A stretch of DNA of 64,000 bases from Escherichia coli (lineage in GTDB: Bacteria > Pseudomonadota > Gammaproteobacteria > Enterobacterales > Enterobacteriaceae). The notes under the pieces are model-generated. The model was given only the letters and a program-made list of their open reading frames with translations, ran no database searches and was not told where the DNA came from. The position numbers were made by a program, and so were the translations under genes. Of this stretch, positions 1-15,933 are shown in pieces. The first letter of the stretch is position 1. Every line of letters begins with the position of its first letter. The stretch is taken from the NCBI RefSeq assembly GCF_013315695.1, contig NZ_CP054353.1; one strand, given 5' to 3'.

Positions 1-1749
1 GTCTCATATTTCATGAGAGCATCTTTCATCGCATGCAGAATATCCATATTGTCGGTCAGAAGCTGACGCGCACGATTATAGTTACGCTCAATCAGTGCTT
101 TTACTTCCTGGTCGATGATACGTGCAGTTTCATCAGACATATGTTTCGCTTTCGCTACGCTACGGCCGAGGAACACTTCACCTTCTTCTTCCGCGTACAG
201 CAGTGGACCCAATTTCTCAGAGAAGCCCCACTGAGTCACCATGTTACGTGCCAGGTTGGTCGCAACTTTAATATCGTTGGACGCACCGGTAGAAACATGT
301 TCCGGCCCGTAGATGATCTCTTCTGCCAGACGACCACCGTACAGCGTAGAAATCTGGCTTTCCAGTTTCTGACGGCTGGCGCTGATTGCGTCGCCCTCAG
401 GCAAGAAGAAAGTCACACCCAGCGCACGACCGCGTGGGATAATCGTCACTTTGTGCACCGGATCGTGTTCCGGCACCAGGCGACCGATAATCGCGTGACC
501 CGCTTCGTGGTAAGCCGTCGATTCTTTCTGCGCTTCCGTCATCACCATGGAGCGACGTTCCGCACCCATCATGATTTTGTCTTTCGCTTTCTCGAACTCA
601 ACCATCGACACAACGCGTTTGTTGCCACGAGCAGCGAACAGTGCCGCTTCGTTTACCAGGTTCGCCAGGTCAGCACCGGAGAAACCAGGAGTACCACGGG
701 CAATGATTGCCGCGTCGATATCGGGTGCCAAAGGTACGCGACGCATGTGAACTTTCAGGATCTGCTCACGACCACGAACATCTGGCAAGCCAACCACAAC
801 CTGACGGTCGAAACGGCCAGGACGCAGCAGGGCTGGGTCGAGAACGTCCGGACGGTTAGTCGCAGCGATAACGATGATACCTTCGTTACCTTCAAAACCA
901 TCCATCTCAACCAGCATCTGGTTCAGAGTCTGTTCACGTTCATCGTGACCACCGCCCAAGCCTGCGCCGCGCTGGCGGCCTACGGCGTCGATTTCATCGA
1001 TAAAGATGATGCACGGCGCCGCTTTCTTCGCCTGTTCGAACATGTCACGAACACGGGATGCACCCACACCGACGAACATTTCTACGAAGTCAGAACCGGA
1101 GATAGTAAAGAACGGAACTTTCGCTTCGCCTGCAATTGCTTTCGCCAGCAACGTTTTACCGGTACCCGGAGGACCTACCATCAGGACGCCTTTCGGGATC
1201 TTACCGCCGAGTTTCTGGAAGCGGCTCGGCTCGCGCAGATACTCAACCAGTTCAGCAACTTCTTCTTTTGCTTCGTCGCAGCCCGCAACGTCAGCAAAGG
1301 TGGTTTTGATCTGATCTTCCGTCAGCATGCGCGCTTTGCTCTTACCAAACGACATGGCACCTTTGCCACCGCCGCCCTGCATTTGACGCATGAAGAAGAT
1401 CCAGACACCAATCAGCAACAGCATCGGGAACCAGGAGATGAAGATAGAAGCCAGCAGGCTTGGTTCTTCAGGCGGTTCACCGACAACCTTGACGTTCTTG
1501 GTCAACAGGTTATCCAGTAATTTCGGATCCTGAACCGGAATGTAAGTGGTATAACGGTTACTATCTTTCTTGGTAACGTTGATTTCACGTCCGTTGATAC
1601 GCGCTTCACGAACCTGGTCGTTATTGACCTCTTGTAGGAAGGTAGAGTAATCCACCTTACGGCCATTAGACTCGCTGGGCCCAAAGCTCTGGAATACTGA
1701 CATCAGCACAACGGCAATGACCAGCCAGAGTATTAGGTTTTTCGCCATG
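1..1749 (-). CDS. ftsH: ATP-dependent zinc metalloprotease FtsH (partial, C-terminal end beyond window start)
   Basis: Minus-strand translation from ATG at 1749 gives [22 protein letters not shown]..., the FtsH N-terminus; runs off window at position 1. The 33..1520 plus-strand ORF in the track is antisense to it. Confidence 0.95.
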
Positions 1750-1847
1750 TCACTCAAGGGATTAACCTCTTATTACAACTGTGTTAAAAACAGCGTCAGG
1801 ATACTCTATATCCAGCATCTTTCAAACTTTCGTCTGAAATCTCCCGG

Positions 1848-2477
1848 TTAGGGTTTACGCCCGGTCGCTACAATATACACTTCCCGCGAACGTGCACGAG
1901 AAGAGTCCGGCTTACGAACTTTGACCTTCGTAAACAGGGAGCGAATTTCCCTTAGATACTCATCGAAACCTTCGCCCTGGAACACCTTCACAACAAAACT
2001 GCCACCTGGCGCCAATACATCACGACACATTTCTAGCGCCAGTTCCACCAGATACATGGCACGGGGGATATCCACCGCCGGTGTTCCGCTCATGTTTGGT
2101 GCCATATCGGACATGACAACCTGGACTTTGCTGTCGCCAACGCGCTCCAGCAGTGCTTTCATCACCAGTTCATCACGAAAATCGCCCTGAAGAAAGTCCA
2201 CACCAACGATAGGATCCATAGGTAAAAGATCGCAAGCGATGATGCGGCCTTTGCCGCCAATTTGGGTGACCACATATTGTGACCAACCACCCGGAGCAGC
2301 ACCAAGGTCGACAACCGTCATTCCCGGTTTAAAGAGTTTGTCACTTTGCTGTATTTCATCAAGTTTAAACCAGGCACGGGAACGTAACCCCTTTTTCTGT
2401 GCCTGTTGAACATATTTATCGCTAAAGTGTTCCTGAAGCCAGCGGCTGGAGCTGGCAGAACGCTTCTTACCTGTCAT
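1848..2477 (-). CDS. rlmE: 23S rRNA 2'-O-ribose U2552 methyltransferase RlmE (FtsJ)
   Basis: 209-aa [46 protein letters not shown]...; SAM-binding motif [13 protein letters not shown]; immediately upstream of ftsH as in the ftsJ-ftsH operon. Confidence 0.95.
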
Positions 2478-2602
2478 TTAACTTTCCCATTGGGATAACT
2501 CATCGTAACCAATTGCGTAAATTTTTACGCGCCTATTTGGTGATATATGGGAGATGGCGGTAGAATGACCCGTTTTCAATCCCAACGTAAGCAAAAAATA
2601 CG

Positions 2603-2896
2603 ATGAATCTGAGTACTAAACAAAAACAGCACCTGAAAGGTCTGGCACATCCGCTCAAGCCAGTTGTTCTGCTTGGCAGTAATGGTTTGACCGAAGGGGT
2701 GCTGGCCGAGATTGAACAAGCGTTAGAGCACCATGAACTCATCAAGGTGAAAATCGCCACCGAAGATCGCGAAACTAAAACCTTGATCGTGGAAGCTATC
2801 GTGCGCGAAACCGGCGCCTGTAATGTACAGGTCATCGGTAAAACGCTGGTGCTTTATCGCCCAACTAAAGAACGTAAAATCTCGCTGCCACGCTAA
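2603..2896 (+). CDS. yhbY: CRM-domain RNA-binding protein YhbY
   Basis: 97-aa ORF MNLSTKQKQHLKGLAHPLKPVVLLGSNGLTEGVLAEIEQALEHHELIKVKI...; divergent from rlmE as in K-12. Confidence 0.92.
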   Translation: MNLSTKQKQHLKGLAHPLKPVVLLGSNGLTEGVLAEIEQALEHHELIKVKIATEDRETKTLIVEAIVRETGACNVQVIGKTLVLYRPTKERKISLPR

Positions 2897-2973
2897 GATT
2901 ATCCTAAAGTTACACACATTTGCTGTGTAAAACGAGGGGTTTTCCGCAGGCAGGAGAGCAAAATGCCACGCTC

Positions 2974-2997
2974 TGTTCGTTGATAAAAGGCCGCATA
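2974..2997. terminator. Bidirectional intrinsic terminator between convergent yhbY and greA
   Basis: AAAA-GGCCGC-ata-GCGGCC-TTTTT: 6-bp GC stem flanked by A-run and T-run. Confidence 0.7.
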
Positions 2998-3051
2998 GCG
3001 GCCTTTTTCCTTTCTTTACAATACATCAACATCTTGAGTATTGGGTAATTC

Positions 3052-3528
<477 letters not shown>

Positions 3529-3622
3529 TTGTTATACCTCTTGAATATTCCTGATGGGGCAAGTCTTCACCCACCCCGGCTGTTCGGCCTGCCCGGCATA
3601 ACTCCTCACCGGGACCAGAAGC

Positions 3623-3656
3623 AAAAAAATACCGACCCGGGTACAGGTCCCAGGTC
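3623..3656 (-). terminator. Intrinsic terminator within the greA leader (GraL-type attenuator)
   Basis: Minus-strand RNA GACCUGGG-ACCUGUA-CCCGGGUC (8-bp stem with one G.U) followed by GGUAUUUUUUU; lies between the greA promoter region and the greA start codon. Confidence 0.6.
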
Positions 3657-3775
3657 AGCTACAATTCACATTTTGATAGTCATTTTACCCTGAAGTTCCC
3701 GAAGGGTCATCGTTTACTTTATAGGGCGTTGCGCCGTAGTATGACGGCTCGATTCCAGGTTGTTAGCGCGAGATT

Positions 3776-5209
3776 ATGCGATTTTCCAGATTTATCATCG
3801 GATTGACCAGCTGTATAGCGTTCAGTGTTCAGGCCGCAAATGTTGATGAGTACATTACTCAACTCCCCGCTGGTGCCAACCTTGCCCTGATGGTGCAAAA
3901 AGTCGGCGCGTCGGCCCCCGCTATTGATTACCACAGTCAGCAGATGGCGCTGCCCGCCAGCACGCAGAAAGTGATTACTGCGCTGGCGGCGTTGATTCAA
4001 CTCGGCCCCGATTTTCGTTTTACCACGACGCTTGAAACCAAAGGTAATGTGGAAAACGGTGTACTTAAGGGTGACTTAGTAGCGCGATTTGGTGCCGATC
4101 CGACGTTAAAACGTCAGGATATTCGCAATATGGTCGCGACTTTGAAAAAATCTGGCGTCAACCAAATCGATGGCAATGTGTTGATAGATACCTCCATTTT
4201 CGCCAGCCACGATAAAGCCCCCGGCTGGCCATGGAATGACATGACACAATGCTTTAGCGCTCCGCCTGCCGCCGCCATAGTTGACCGCAACTGTTTCTCC
4301 GTCTCGCTCTATAGTGCCCCAAAACCTGGTGATATGGCTTTTATACGCGTGGCATCTTATTACCCCGTTACGATGTTCAGCCAGGTACGCACCCTCCCCC
4401 GTGGTTCTGCCGAAGCGCAATACTGCGAGCTGGATGTGGTGCCAGGCGACCTGAACCGCTTTACGCTGACCGGATGCCTGCCACAACGTTCTGAGCCGCT
4501 CCCGTTGGCTTTTGCCGTGCAGGATGGTGCCAGCTATGCCGGGGCAATTCTGAAAGATGAGTTAAAACAGGCGGGTATCACCTGGAGTGGAACACTGCTG
4601 CGCCAGACTCAGGTTAACGAACCTGGAACGGTAGTTGCCAGTAAACAGTCGGCCCCGCTGCACGATCTGCTTAAGATTATGCTGAAAAAGTCAGACAACA
4701 TGATCGCCGATACGGTTTTCCGCATGATAGGCCATGCGCGCTTCAATGTGCCTGGAACATGGCGGGCCGGGTCGGACGCCGTGCGTCAGATCCTGCGCCA
4801 GCAAGCCGGTGTCGATATTGGAAATACCATTATTGCCGATGGTTCAGGGCTTTCGCGGCATAACCTGATTGCCCCCGCCACCATGATGCAGGTGCTGCAA
4901 TACATTGCCCAACACGACAATGAACTTAACTTTATCTCTATGCTGCCGCTGGCGGGCTATGACGGCTCTTTGCAGTACCGTGCAGGTCTGCATCAGGCGG
5001 GCGTGGATGGCAAAGTCTCAGCGAAAACCGGCTCGTTGCAGGGGGTATATAACCTGGCGGGATTCATTACCACGGCGAGCGGGCAACGAATGGCGTTTGT
5101 GCAATATCTTTCTGGCTATGCAGTAGAACCGGCGGATCAGCGTAATCGCCGTATTCCGTTGGTACGTTTTGAAAGCCGTTTGTATAAAGATATTTACCAG
5201 AACAATTAG
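3776..5209 (+). CDS. dacB: D-alanyl-D-alanine carboxypeptidase/endopeptidase PBP4
   Basis: 477-aa ORF MRFSRFIIGLTSCIAFSVQAANVDEYITQLPAGANLALMVQKVGASAPAIDYHSQQMALPASTQKVIT... (signal peptide plus active-site STQK). Confidence 0.95.
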   Translation: MRFSRFIIGLTSCIAFSVQAANVDEYITQLPAGANLALMVQKVGASAPAIDYHSQQMALPASTQKVITALAALIQLGPDFRFTTTLETKGNVENGVLKGDLVARFGADPTLKRQDIRNMVATLKKSGVNQIDGNVLIDTSIFASHDKAPGWPWNDMTQCFSAPPAAAIVDRNCFSVSLYSAPKPGDMAFIRVASYYPVTMFSQVRTLPRGSAEAQYCELDVVPGDLNRFTLTGCLPQRSEPLPLAFAVQDGASYAGAILKDELKQAGITWSGTLLRQTQVNEPGTVVASKQSAPLHDLLKIMLKKSDNMIADTVFRMIGHARFNVPGTWRAGSDAVRQILRQQAGVDIGNTIIADGSGLSRHNLIAPATMMQVLQYIAQHDNELNFISMLPLAGYDGSLQYRAGLHQAGVDGKVSAKTGSLQGVYNLAGFITTASGQRMAFVQYLSGYAVEPADQRNRRIPLVRFESRLYKDIYQNN

Positions 5210-5217
5210 TCTAAAGA

Positions 5218-5244
5218 GAAACCCCGGCGCATGGCCGGGGTTTT
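5218..5244. terminator. Intrinsic terminator between convergent dacB and obgE
   Basis: ACCCCGGC-gcat-GGCCGGGG followed by TTTT. Confidence 0.65.
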
Positions 5245-5249
5245 GCTGA

Positions 5250-6437
<1,188 letters not shown>

Positions 6438-7403
6438 TCATTCGCCTGCGCGGGGTTGCGATACCACCGTTGTATGCTTACGTAATCCGCCCCAAATACG
6501 ATGACCAATGGCGGAATACATCGCGCCCGCAACCACGACAAACGCACCGAGATAACCTAAAAGGTTTAACATCGGTCTGGCGAAGAAATCGGGCCAGGCC
6601 AGTGATAAAAGATCTGAAAAAAACAGCGTAAACAGTGGGGTGAGCGTGATGATCGCGCTCACCTGCGCTGCCTGCCAGCGAGCCATCGCTTCCGCCAGGG
6701 CGCCATATCCTACCAATGTATTCAGTCCGCAAAAAATTAAACATGCGAGCTGCCAGTGGCTAAGCTGCGCTATCACTCCAGGATTTGCCAGAGGGAAGAG
6801 CGCAATTGTACATAAAGTGTACAGCAAAAACAGGATCTGCGGTGAGGCCAGCCGACGCAATAAAACCTTTTGCGCCACGCCATAACTCACCCAAACCGTC
6901 GCCGCACCGACCCCAAAGATAACTCCCCAGGTGTAATCGGTGAGCTTTGTAAATATCTCGACCAAACTGGTGTTAAAAAACATCACCAGGCCGCTCAGGA
7001 GCATCAATGCCCCTACAACCTGAGTACTGCGCATTTTCTCTTTCAGGATAAATACGCTGGCAACCATCATGCCAACTGGCGAGAGTTGCCCAATCACCTG
7101 CGAAGCGGTCGGACTCAGGTATTGCAAGGATGAGCTGAACAGGATGAAGTTCCCAAACAGCCCGGCGGTCGCCACTGCCAACAAAATCAACCAGCGTGGC
7201 TTACGAAACACGCGTAATGGCGGCAACCGCTTCTTCACCGCAAGAATGGCACCAAGGCCAATACTCGCCATCAAGAAACGGTAAAACACGATTGTCGGAG
7301 GTTCCATCACCTCCAGCACCTGCTTCATTGCGATTGGCAACGCCCCCCAGCAAATTGCTGTGGTGAGCGCCAAAAGAATGCCAATGCCTGCCTGCTGCTT
7401 CAT
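6438..7403 (-). CDS. yhbE: EamA-family inner membrane transporter YhbE
   Basis: 321-aa hydrophobic ORF MKQQAGIGILLALTTAICWGALPIAMKQVLEVMEPPTIVFYRF...; sits between rpmA and obgE as in K-12. Confidence 0.9.
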   Translation of the reverse strand: MKQQAGIGILLALTTAICWGALPIAMKQVLEVMEPPTIVFYRFLMASIGLGAILAVKKRLPPLRVFRKPRWLILLAVATAGLFGNFILFSSSLQYLSPTASQVIGQLSPVGMMVASVFILKEKMRSTQVVGALMLLSGLVMFFNTSLVEIFTKLTDYTWGVIFGVGAATVWVSYGVAQKVLLRRLASPQILFLLYTLCTIALFPLANPGVIAQLSHWQLACLIFCGLNTLVGYGALAEAMARWQAAQVSAIITLTPLFTLFFSDLLSLAWPDFFARPMLNLLGYLGAFVVVAGAMYSAIGHRIWGGLRKHTTVVSQPRAGE

Positions 7404-7475
7404 ACCGTATTCCCTGCAAAGCGCATTTGCGGATTAACGTCGCACCATGCGCATTTTTACCGGTTATCGAATGTA

Positions 7476-7503
7476 AAAAGCCCCGCAACGTGTTGCGGGG
7501 CTT
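7476..7503 (-). terminator. Intrinsic terminator/attenuator downstream of rpmA
   Basis: Minus-strand RNA AAAGCCCCGCAAC-acg-GUUGCGGGGCUUUUU. Confidence 0.7.
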
Positions 7504-7529
7504 TCATCCGTTACCGGGACGCGAAAAAC

Positions 7530-8155
<626 letters not shown>

Positions 8156-8191
8156 TCAGAGTGCGCTATAAATATTCACAATAGGGCGCGA

Positions 8192-8220
8192 ATATTACGC
8201 AAAACGCACGCCTTTGACAA
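8192..8220 (-). promoter_or_regulatory. Candidate sigma70 promoter of the rplU-rpmA operon
   Basis: On minus strand TTGTCA (-35; plus 8215..8220), 17-nt spacer, TAATAT (-10; plus 8192..8197), about 70 nt upstream of rplU start. Confidence 0.5.
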
Positions 8221-8377
8221 GTGCTACAGTCAATACACGAAGAAAAAAAACACAACTTGTACGGTAACGTTTATCTGTGCCATTTTTTCAGTACAATCAC
8301 CCTATATTCCTAACCATAAACCCTAAGTTGCCTTTGTTCACAGTAAGGTAATCGGGGCGAAAAGCCCGGCTTTTGCG

Positions 8378-9349
8378 ATGAATTTAGAAAAAATCAATGA
8401 GTTAACCGCGCAAGATATGGCGGGTGTTAATGCGGCAATCCTTGAGCAGCTTAATTCCGACGTCCAACTGATCAATCAGTTAGGCTATTACATCGTCAGC
8501 GGCGGCGGTAAACGTATTCGTCCGATGATTGCTGTACTGGCTGCACGAGCTGTTGGCTATGAGGGAAATGCGCATGTCACCATTGCTGCCCTGATCGAGT
8601 TTATCCACACGGCGACTCTGCTGCACGACGACGTTGTGGATGAATCAGATATGCGCAGGGGTAAAGCTACCGCCAACGCCGCATTTGGCAATGCCGCCAG
8701 CGTGCTGGTAGGCGATTTTATTTATACCCGCGCGTTCCAGATGATGACCAGCCTCGGTTCGCTCAAAGTGCTGGAAGTCATGTCAGAAGCCGTAAACGTC
8801 ATCGCAGAAGGTGAAGTTCTGCAACTGATGAACGTTAACGATCCGGACATCACTGAAGAAAACTACATGCGCGTTATCTATAGCAAAACCGCGCGTCTGT
8901 TTGAGGCTGCCGCGCAGTGTTCCGGGATTCTGGCTGGCTGTACGCCGGAGGAGGAGAAAGGCCTGCAGGATTATGGGCGCTATCTCGGCACTGCTTTCCA
9001 GTTGATCGACGATTTACTCGATTACAATGCCGATGGCGAACAGTTAGGTAAAAACGTCGGCGACGATCTGAACGAAGGTAAACCGACGCTGCCGCTGCTG
9101 CATGCAATGCATCATGGCACACCAGAACAGGCACAGATGATTCGTACCGCCATCGAACAGGGTAACGGTCGCCATCTTCTGGAACCGGTTCTGGAAGCAA
9201 TGAACGCTTGTGGATCTCTTGAATGGACGCGTCAGCGTGCTGAGGAAGAAGCAGACAAAGCCATCGCAGCGTTACAGGTGCTCCCGGACACCCCTTGGCG
9301 AGAAGCACTCATCGGCCTCGCGCACATCGCTGTTCAACGCGATCGTTAA
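8378..9349 (+). CDS. ispB: Octaprenyl diphosphate synthase
   Basis: 323-aa ORF MNLEKINELTAQDMAGVNAAILEQLNSDVQLINQLGYYIVSGGGKRIRPMIAVLAARAVGY...; polyprenyl synthase DDxxD motifs (LLHDDVVDESDMRRG, IDDLLDYNADGEQLGK). Confidence 0.95.
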   Translation: MNLEKINELTAQDMAGVNAAILEQLNSDVQLINQLGYYIVSGGGKRIRPMIAVLAARAVGYEGNAHVTIAALIEFIHTATLLHDDVVDESDMRRGKATANAAFGNAASVLVGDFIYTRAFQMMTSLGSLKVLEVMSEAVNVIAEGEVLQLMNVNDPDITEENYMRVIYSKTARLFEAAAQCSGILAGCTPEEEKGLQDYGRYLGTAFQLIDDLLDYNADGEQLGKNVGDDLNEGKPTLPLLHAMHHGTPEQAQMIRTAIEQGNGRHLLEPVLEAMNACGSLEWTRQRAEEEADKAIAALQVLPDTPWREALIGLAHIAVQRDR

Positions 9350-9576
9350 TCCCCTCCCCTCATCCCGCGCAGCGCGCGGGATGAGTCCAGTAAATTCCAT
9401 AAAAACACTTATTCAGCTCTATAACACCTGAAAAATAGGGCTGTACATCTTTATATATTCTGAATATTCACACTCTTTACAGGAACTTTTTAGAGCAATA
9501 GGCCATCAGGAGTATAGTGATGCTCGACAGAAGAAGTGTTCTGAATGAAAGCGACTAACTTAAGGAGTGAGGAAAG

Positions 9577-9855
9577 ATGGAAAGTAATTTCATTGACTGG
9601 CATCCCGCTGACATCATTGCGGGTTTGCGCAAGAAGGGAACGTCAATGGCGGCGGAATCTCGCAGAAATGGTTTGAGTTCCTCAACGCTGGCGAACGCAT
9701 TATCGCGCCCCTGGCCGAAAGGAGAGATGATTATTGCGAAAGCCCTGGGAACTGACCCCTGGATTATCTGGCCATCTCGCTACCATGATCCGCAGACCCA
9801 TGAGTTTATCGATAGAACGCAGTTGATGCGTAGCTACACTAAACCGAAAAAATGA
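9577..9855 (+). CDS. sfsB: Ner-like DNA-binding regulator SfsB/Nlp
   Basis: 92-aa ORF MESNFIDWHPADIIAGLRKKGTSMAAESRRNGLSSSTLANALSRPWPKGEMIIAKALG... Confidence 0.9.
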   Translation: MESNFIDWHPADIIAGLRKKGTSMAAESRRNGLSSSTLANALSRPWPKGEMIIAKALGTDPWIIWPSRYHDPQTHEFIDRTQLMRSYTKPKK

Positions 9856-9902
9856 GTGGTCTGGCGGTAGCCCCGCGAACGGGGCTGCCAGCTCTCAGAC
9901 AA

Positions 9903-11162
<1,260 letters not shown>

Positions 11163-11216
11163 TTAGTTTGTTCTCAGTTAACAATTCATATCCGCTACCG
11201 ACGAATCGCCCATAGC

Positions 11217-11471
11217 TCAAAAGCCGTTCAGTTTGCGATCGCGCGCCCACTCCGCAGGGGTATACGCTTTGATCGACACAGCATGAATGCGGTTATCCGC
11301 AATATATTCCATCAGCGGGCCATAGACCGTCTGCTGTTTTTTAACCCGACTCATGCCGTCAAACAACTCACCCACGGCAATAACCTGAAAGTGGCTGCCA
11401 TCGCCGGAAACGTGGACTTCCTGGAGGGAGAGAGCGTTCATCAACACGCTCTGAATTTCATTATTTTCCAT
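11217..11471 (-). CDS. ibaG: BolA-family acid-stress protein IbaG (YrbA)
   Basis: Track ORF trimmed to [47 protein letters not shown]... (84 aa; cat at 11469..11471). Confidence 0.88.
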
Positions 11472-11630
11472 GGGATCTTCAATCATCAGTTAATAAATCA
11501 GCGAAACATCTTAGAGCAAAGTTGCGCTGGCATAAATAAGCAAAAAGCCTCGCTGATAAATCAGACAAGGCTCGACTTGCAGGCAGGTTTGCCGGACAGG
11601 CGGTTAACGCCATATCCGGCCTGAAAAAAT

Positions 11631-11923
11631 TTAACGAGGCAGAACATCAGCAGGCAAATTATACAATTTCGCCAGGGTATACACTTTGTCGTTTACCCCC
11701 TGAAGCGTCACATTGTTGCCCTGCTTTTTCGCCAGATCGATAAGATGGAGCAGCAGTGCCAGTCCACCCGTATCCACGCGAGACACACGGCTAAGATCGA
11801 TGCTGGTAATCCCCTTCACCGCTTCCTCACGTATTTCCCAAAGCGGTAGCAGAACGTCCTGATCCAGCTCTCCGGATAACGCCAGCGTGTCACCCGTCTG
11901 CATCCAGCTCAGTGACTCGCTCA

Positions 11924-11924
<1 letters not shown>
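11631..11924 (-). CDS. mlaB: Phospholipid transport STAS-domain protein MlaB
   Basis: Trimmed to MSESLSWMQTGDTLALSGELDQDVLLPLWEIREEAVKG... (97 aa); start ATG overlaps the mlaC stop as TAATG. Confidence 0.9.
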
Positions 11925-12577
<653 letters not shown>

Positions 12578-13129
12578 TTATTTCGTTGTACCCACAGGTT
12601 CAGTGGTTTCATTATTACCTGGCGCAGCAGCTGGCGCATCGCCACTATTCTTATTGTCATCGCCTTTACTACCGTAAAGGAACTGACCAATGAGATCTTC
12701 CAGCACCATCGCAGACTTGGTGTCCTGAATTGTATCGCCATCCTTCAGGATAGCAGTCCCCAGTTCCGGGTCTTCAAAACCGACGTTTAATGCCAGATAT
12801 TGTTCCCCCAGCAGGCCGGAAGTACGAATGCTCAGCGAACTGGTATCAGGAATGTGGTTATAACGTTGTTCAATTTCCAGCGTTACGCGCGGCAGATAGG
12901 TTTTCGGGTCCAGCGTAATATCCGCCACCCGGCCCACAACAACGCCACCAATGCTGACCGGAGAGCGCGCTTTCAGGCCGCCAATGTTATCGAACGTCGC
13001 ATAAAGCGTATAGGTCGGTTCAGTACGTATGGACGTCACGTTCGCCGCCTTCAGGCAAACAAACAGCGCCGCCAGTAGTGCTGCTAATAAAAAGATACCC
13101 ACCCAAATTTCATTTTTTTTCGTTTGCAT
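12578..13129 (-). CDS. mlaD: MCE-domain phospholipid transport protein MlaD
   Basis: Trimmed to MQTKKNEIWVGIFLLAALLAALFVCLKAANVTSIRTEPTYTLYATFDNIGGLKARSPV... (183 aa). Confidence 0.93.
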   Translation of the reverse strand: MQTKKNEIWVGIFLLAALLAALFVCLKAANVTSIRTEPTYTLYATFDNIGGLKARSPVSIGGVVVGRVADITLDPKTYLPRVTLEIEQRYNHIPDTSSLSIRTSGLLGEQYLALNVGFEDPELGTAILKDGDTIQDTKSAMVLEDLIGQFLYGSKGDDNKNSGDAPAAAPGNNETTEPVGTTK

Positions 13130-13133
13130 GAAC

Positions 13134-14733
<1,600 letters not shown>

Positions 14734-14942
14734 AATTCACCCTTCGTCTTGCGTTGATTTTCTAAGCATGGCGCTCAATTTAACCTTGAACCCAACATAT
14801 TTACAGAATATTACCCGCCGTGGTTAGCGAAAGCTGGCATTTGTTTTACTTTTTAGCCGCATAAAGTCAAAATTAAGAATCCGTTACGGCTTTCTGAAAA
14901 TCTTCAGCGGACCGGCGAGTATACCTGAAGAAAGGACGTTAG

Positions 14943-15920
14943 ATGCTTTTAGCTACGGCACTGTTAATTGTTGGTTTACTTTTGGTCGTTTACAGTGCCG
15001 ACCGCCTGGTTTTTGCCGCGTCTATTCTTTGCCGAACCTTTGGCATCCCGCCGCTAATCATCGGCATGACGGTGGTCAGTATTGGTACATCGTTACCAGA
15101 AATCATCGTCTCGCTTGCCGCGTCTCTGCACGAACAACGCGATTTAGCCGTTGGTACAGCCCTCGGCTCAAACATTATCAATATATTGCTGATCCTCGGT
15201 CTGGCTGCGCTGGTTCGTCCTTTTACCGTCCATTCTGATGTTCTACGCCGTGAATTACCCTTAATGTTGTTGGTCAGCGTGGTGGCCGGTTCCGTACTCT
15301 ATGACGGACAACTTAGTCGAAGCGATGGTATCTTTCTCCTCTTTCTGGCTGTGCTATGGCTGCTGTTCATTGTTAAACTTGCACGTCAGGCTGAACGTCA
15401 GGGGACTGACAGCCTGACCAGAGAGCAGCTTGCAGAGCTGCCGCGTGACGGCGGATTGCCCGTCGCGTTTTTATGGCTCGGCATTGCGCTTATCATCATG
15501 CCAGTGGCCACGCGGATGGTGGTTGATAACGCCACGGTGCTGGCGAATTACTTTGCCATCAGCGAGTTGACGATGGGTCTGACGGCAATTGCTATCGGAA
15601 CCAGCCTGCCGGAACTGGCAACCGCAATAGCGGGGGTTCGCAAAGGTGAAAACGACATTGCGGTCGGAAATATTATTGGCGCAAACATCTTTAATATTGT
15701 CATCGTGTTGGGTTTACCCGCGCTGATAACGCCAGGAGAGATTGATCCACTGGCGTACAGTCGTGACTACAGCGTGATGTTGCTGGTGAGCATTATTTTT
15801 GCGTTGCTGTGCTGGCGGCGCTCCCCGCAATCGGGCCGTGGTGTAGGGGTATTATTAACTGGCGGATTTATCGTATGGCTGGCGATGTTGTACTGGTTAT
15901 CGCCAATACTCGTTGAATAA
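14943..15920 (+). CDS. yrbG: CaCA-family Na+/Ca2+ exchanger-like inner membrane protein YrbG
   Basis: 325-aa ORF with two GTSLPE alpha-repeat motifs (SIGTSLPEIIVSLAAS and AIGTSLPELATAIAG). Confidence 0.92.
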   Translation: MLLATALLIVGLLLVVYSADRLVFAASILCRTFGIPPLIIGMTVVSIGTSLPEIIVSLAASLHEQRDLAVGTALGSNIINILLILGLAALVRPFTVHSDVLRRELPLMLLVSVVAGSVLYDGQLSRSDGIFLLFLAVLWLLFIVKLARQAERQGTDSLTREQLAELPRDGGLPVAFLWLGIALIIMPVATRMVVDNATVLANYFAISELTMGLTAIAIGTSLPELATAIAGVRKGENDIAVGNIIGANIFNIVIVLGLPALITPGEIDPLAYSRDYSVMLLVSIIFALLCWRRSPQSGRGVGVLLTGGFIVWLAMLYWLSPILVE

Positions 15921-15933
15921 CTGGAAACGCATT

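Noticed and set aside
33-1520. 495-aa plus-strand ORF across the first 1.5 kb
   Set aside because: It is antisense to ftsH, whose protein sequence is unmistakable on the minus strand. The product is low-complexity with no recognisable domain. Long antisense ORFs are expected opposite highly expressed GC-balanced genes.
9360-9384. Hairpin TCATCCCGCGC-agc-GCGCGGGATGA immediately after the ispB stop
   Set aside because: Plausible ispB terminator stem, but not followed by a T-run. Too uncertain to list as a feature.
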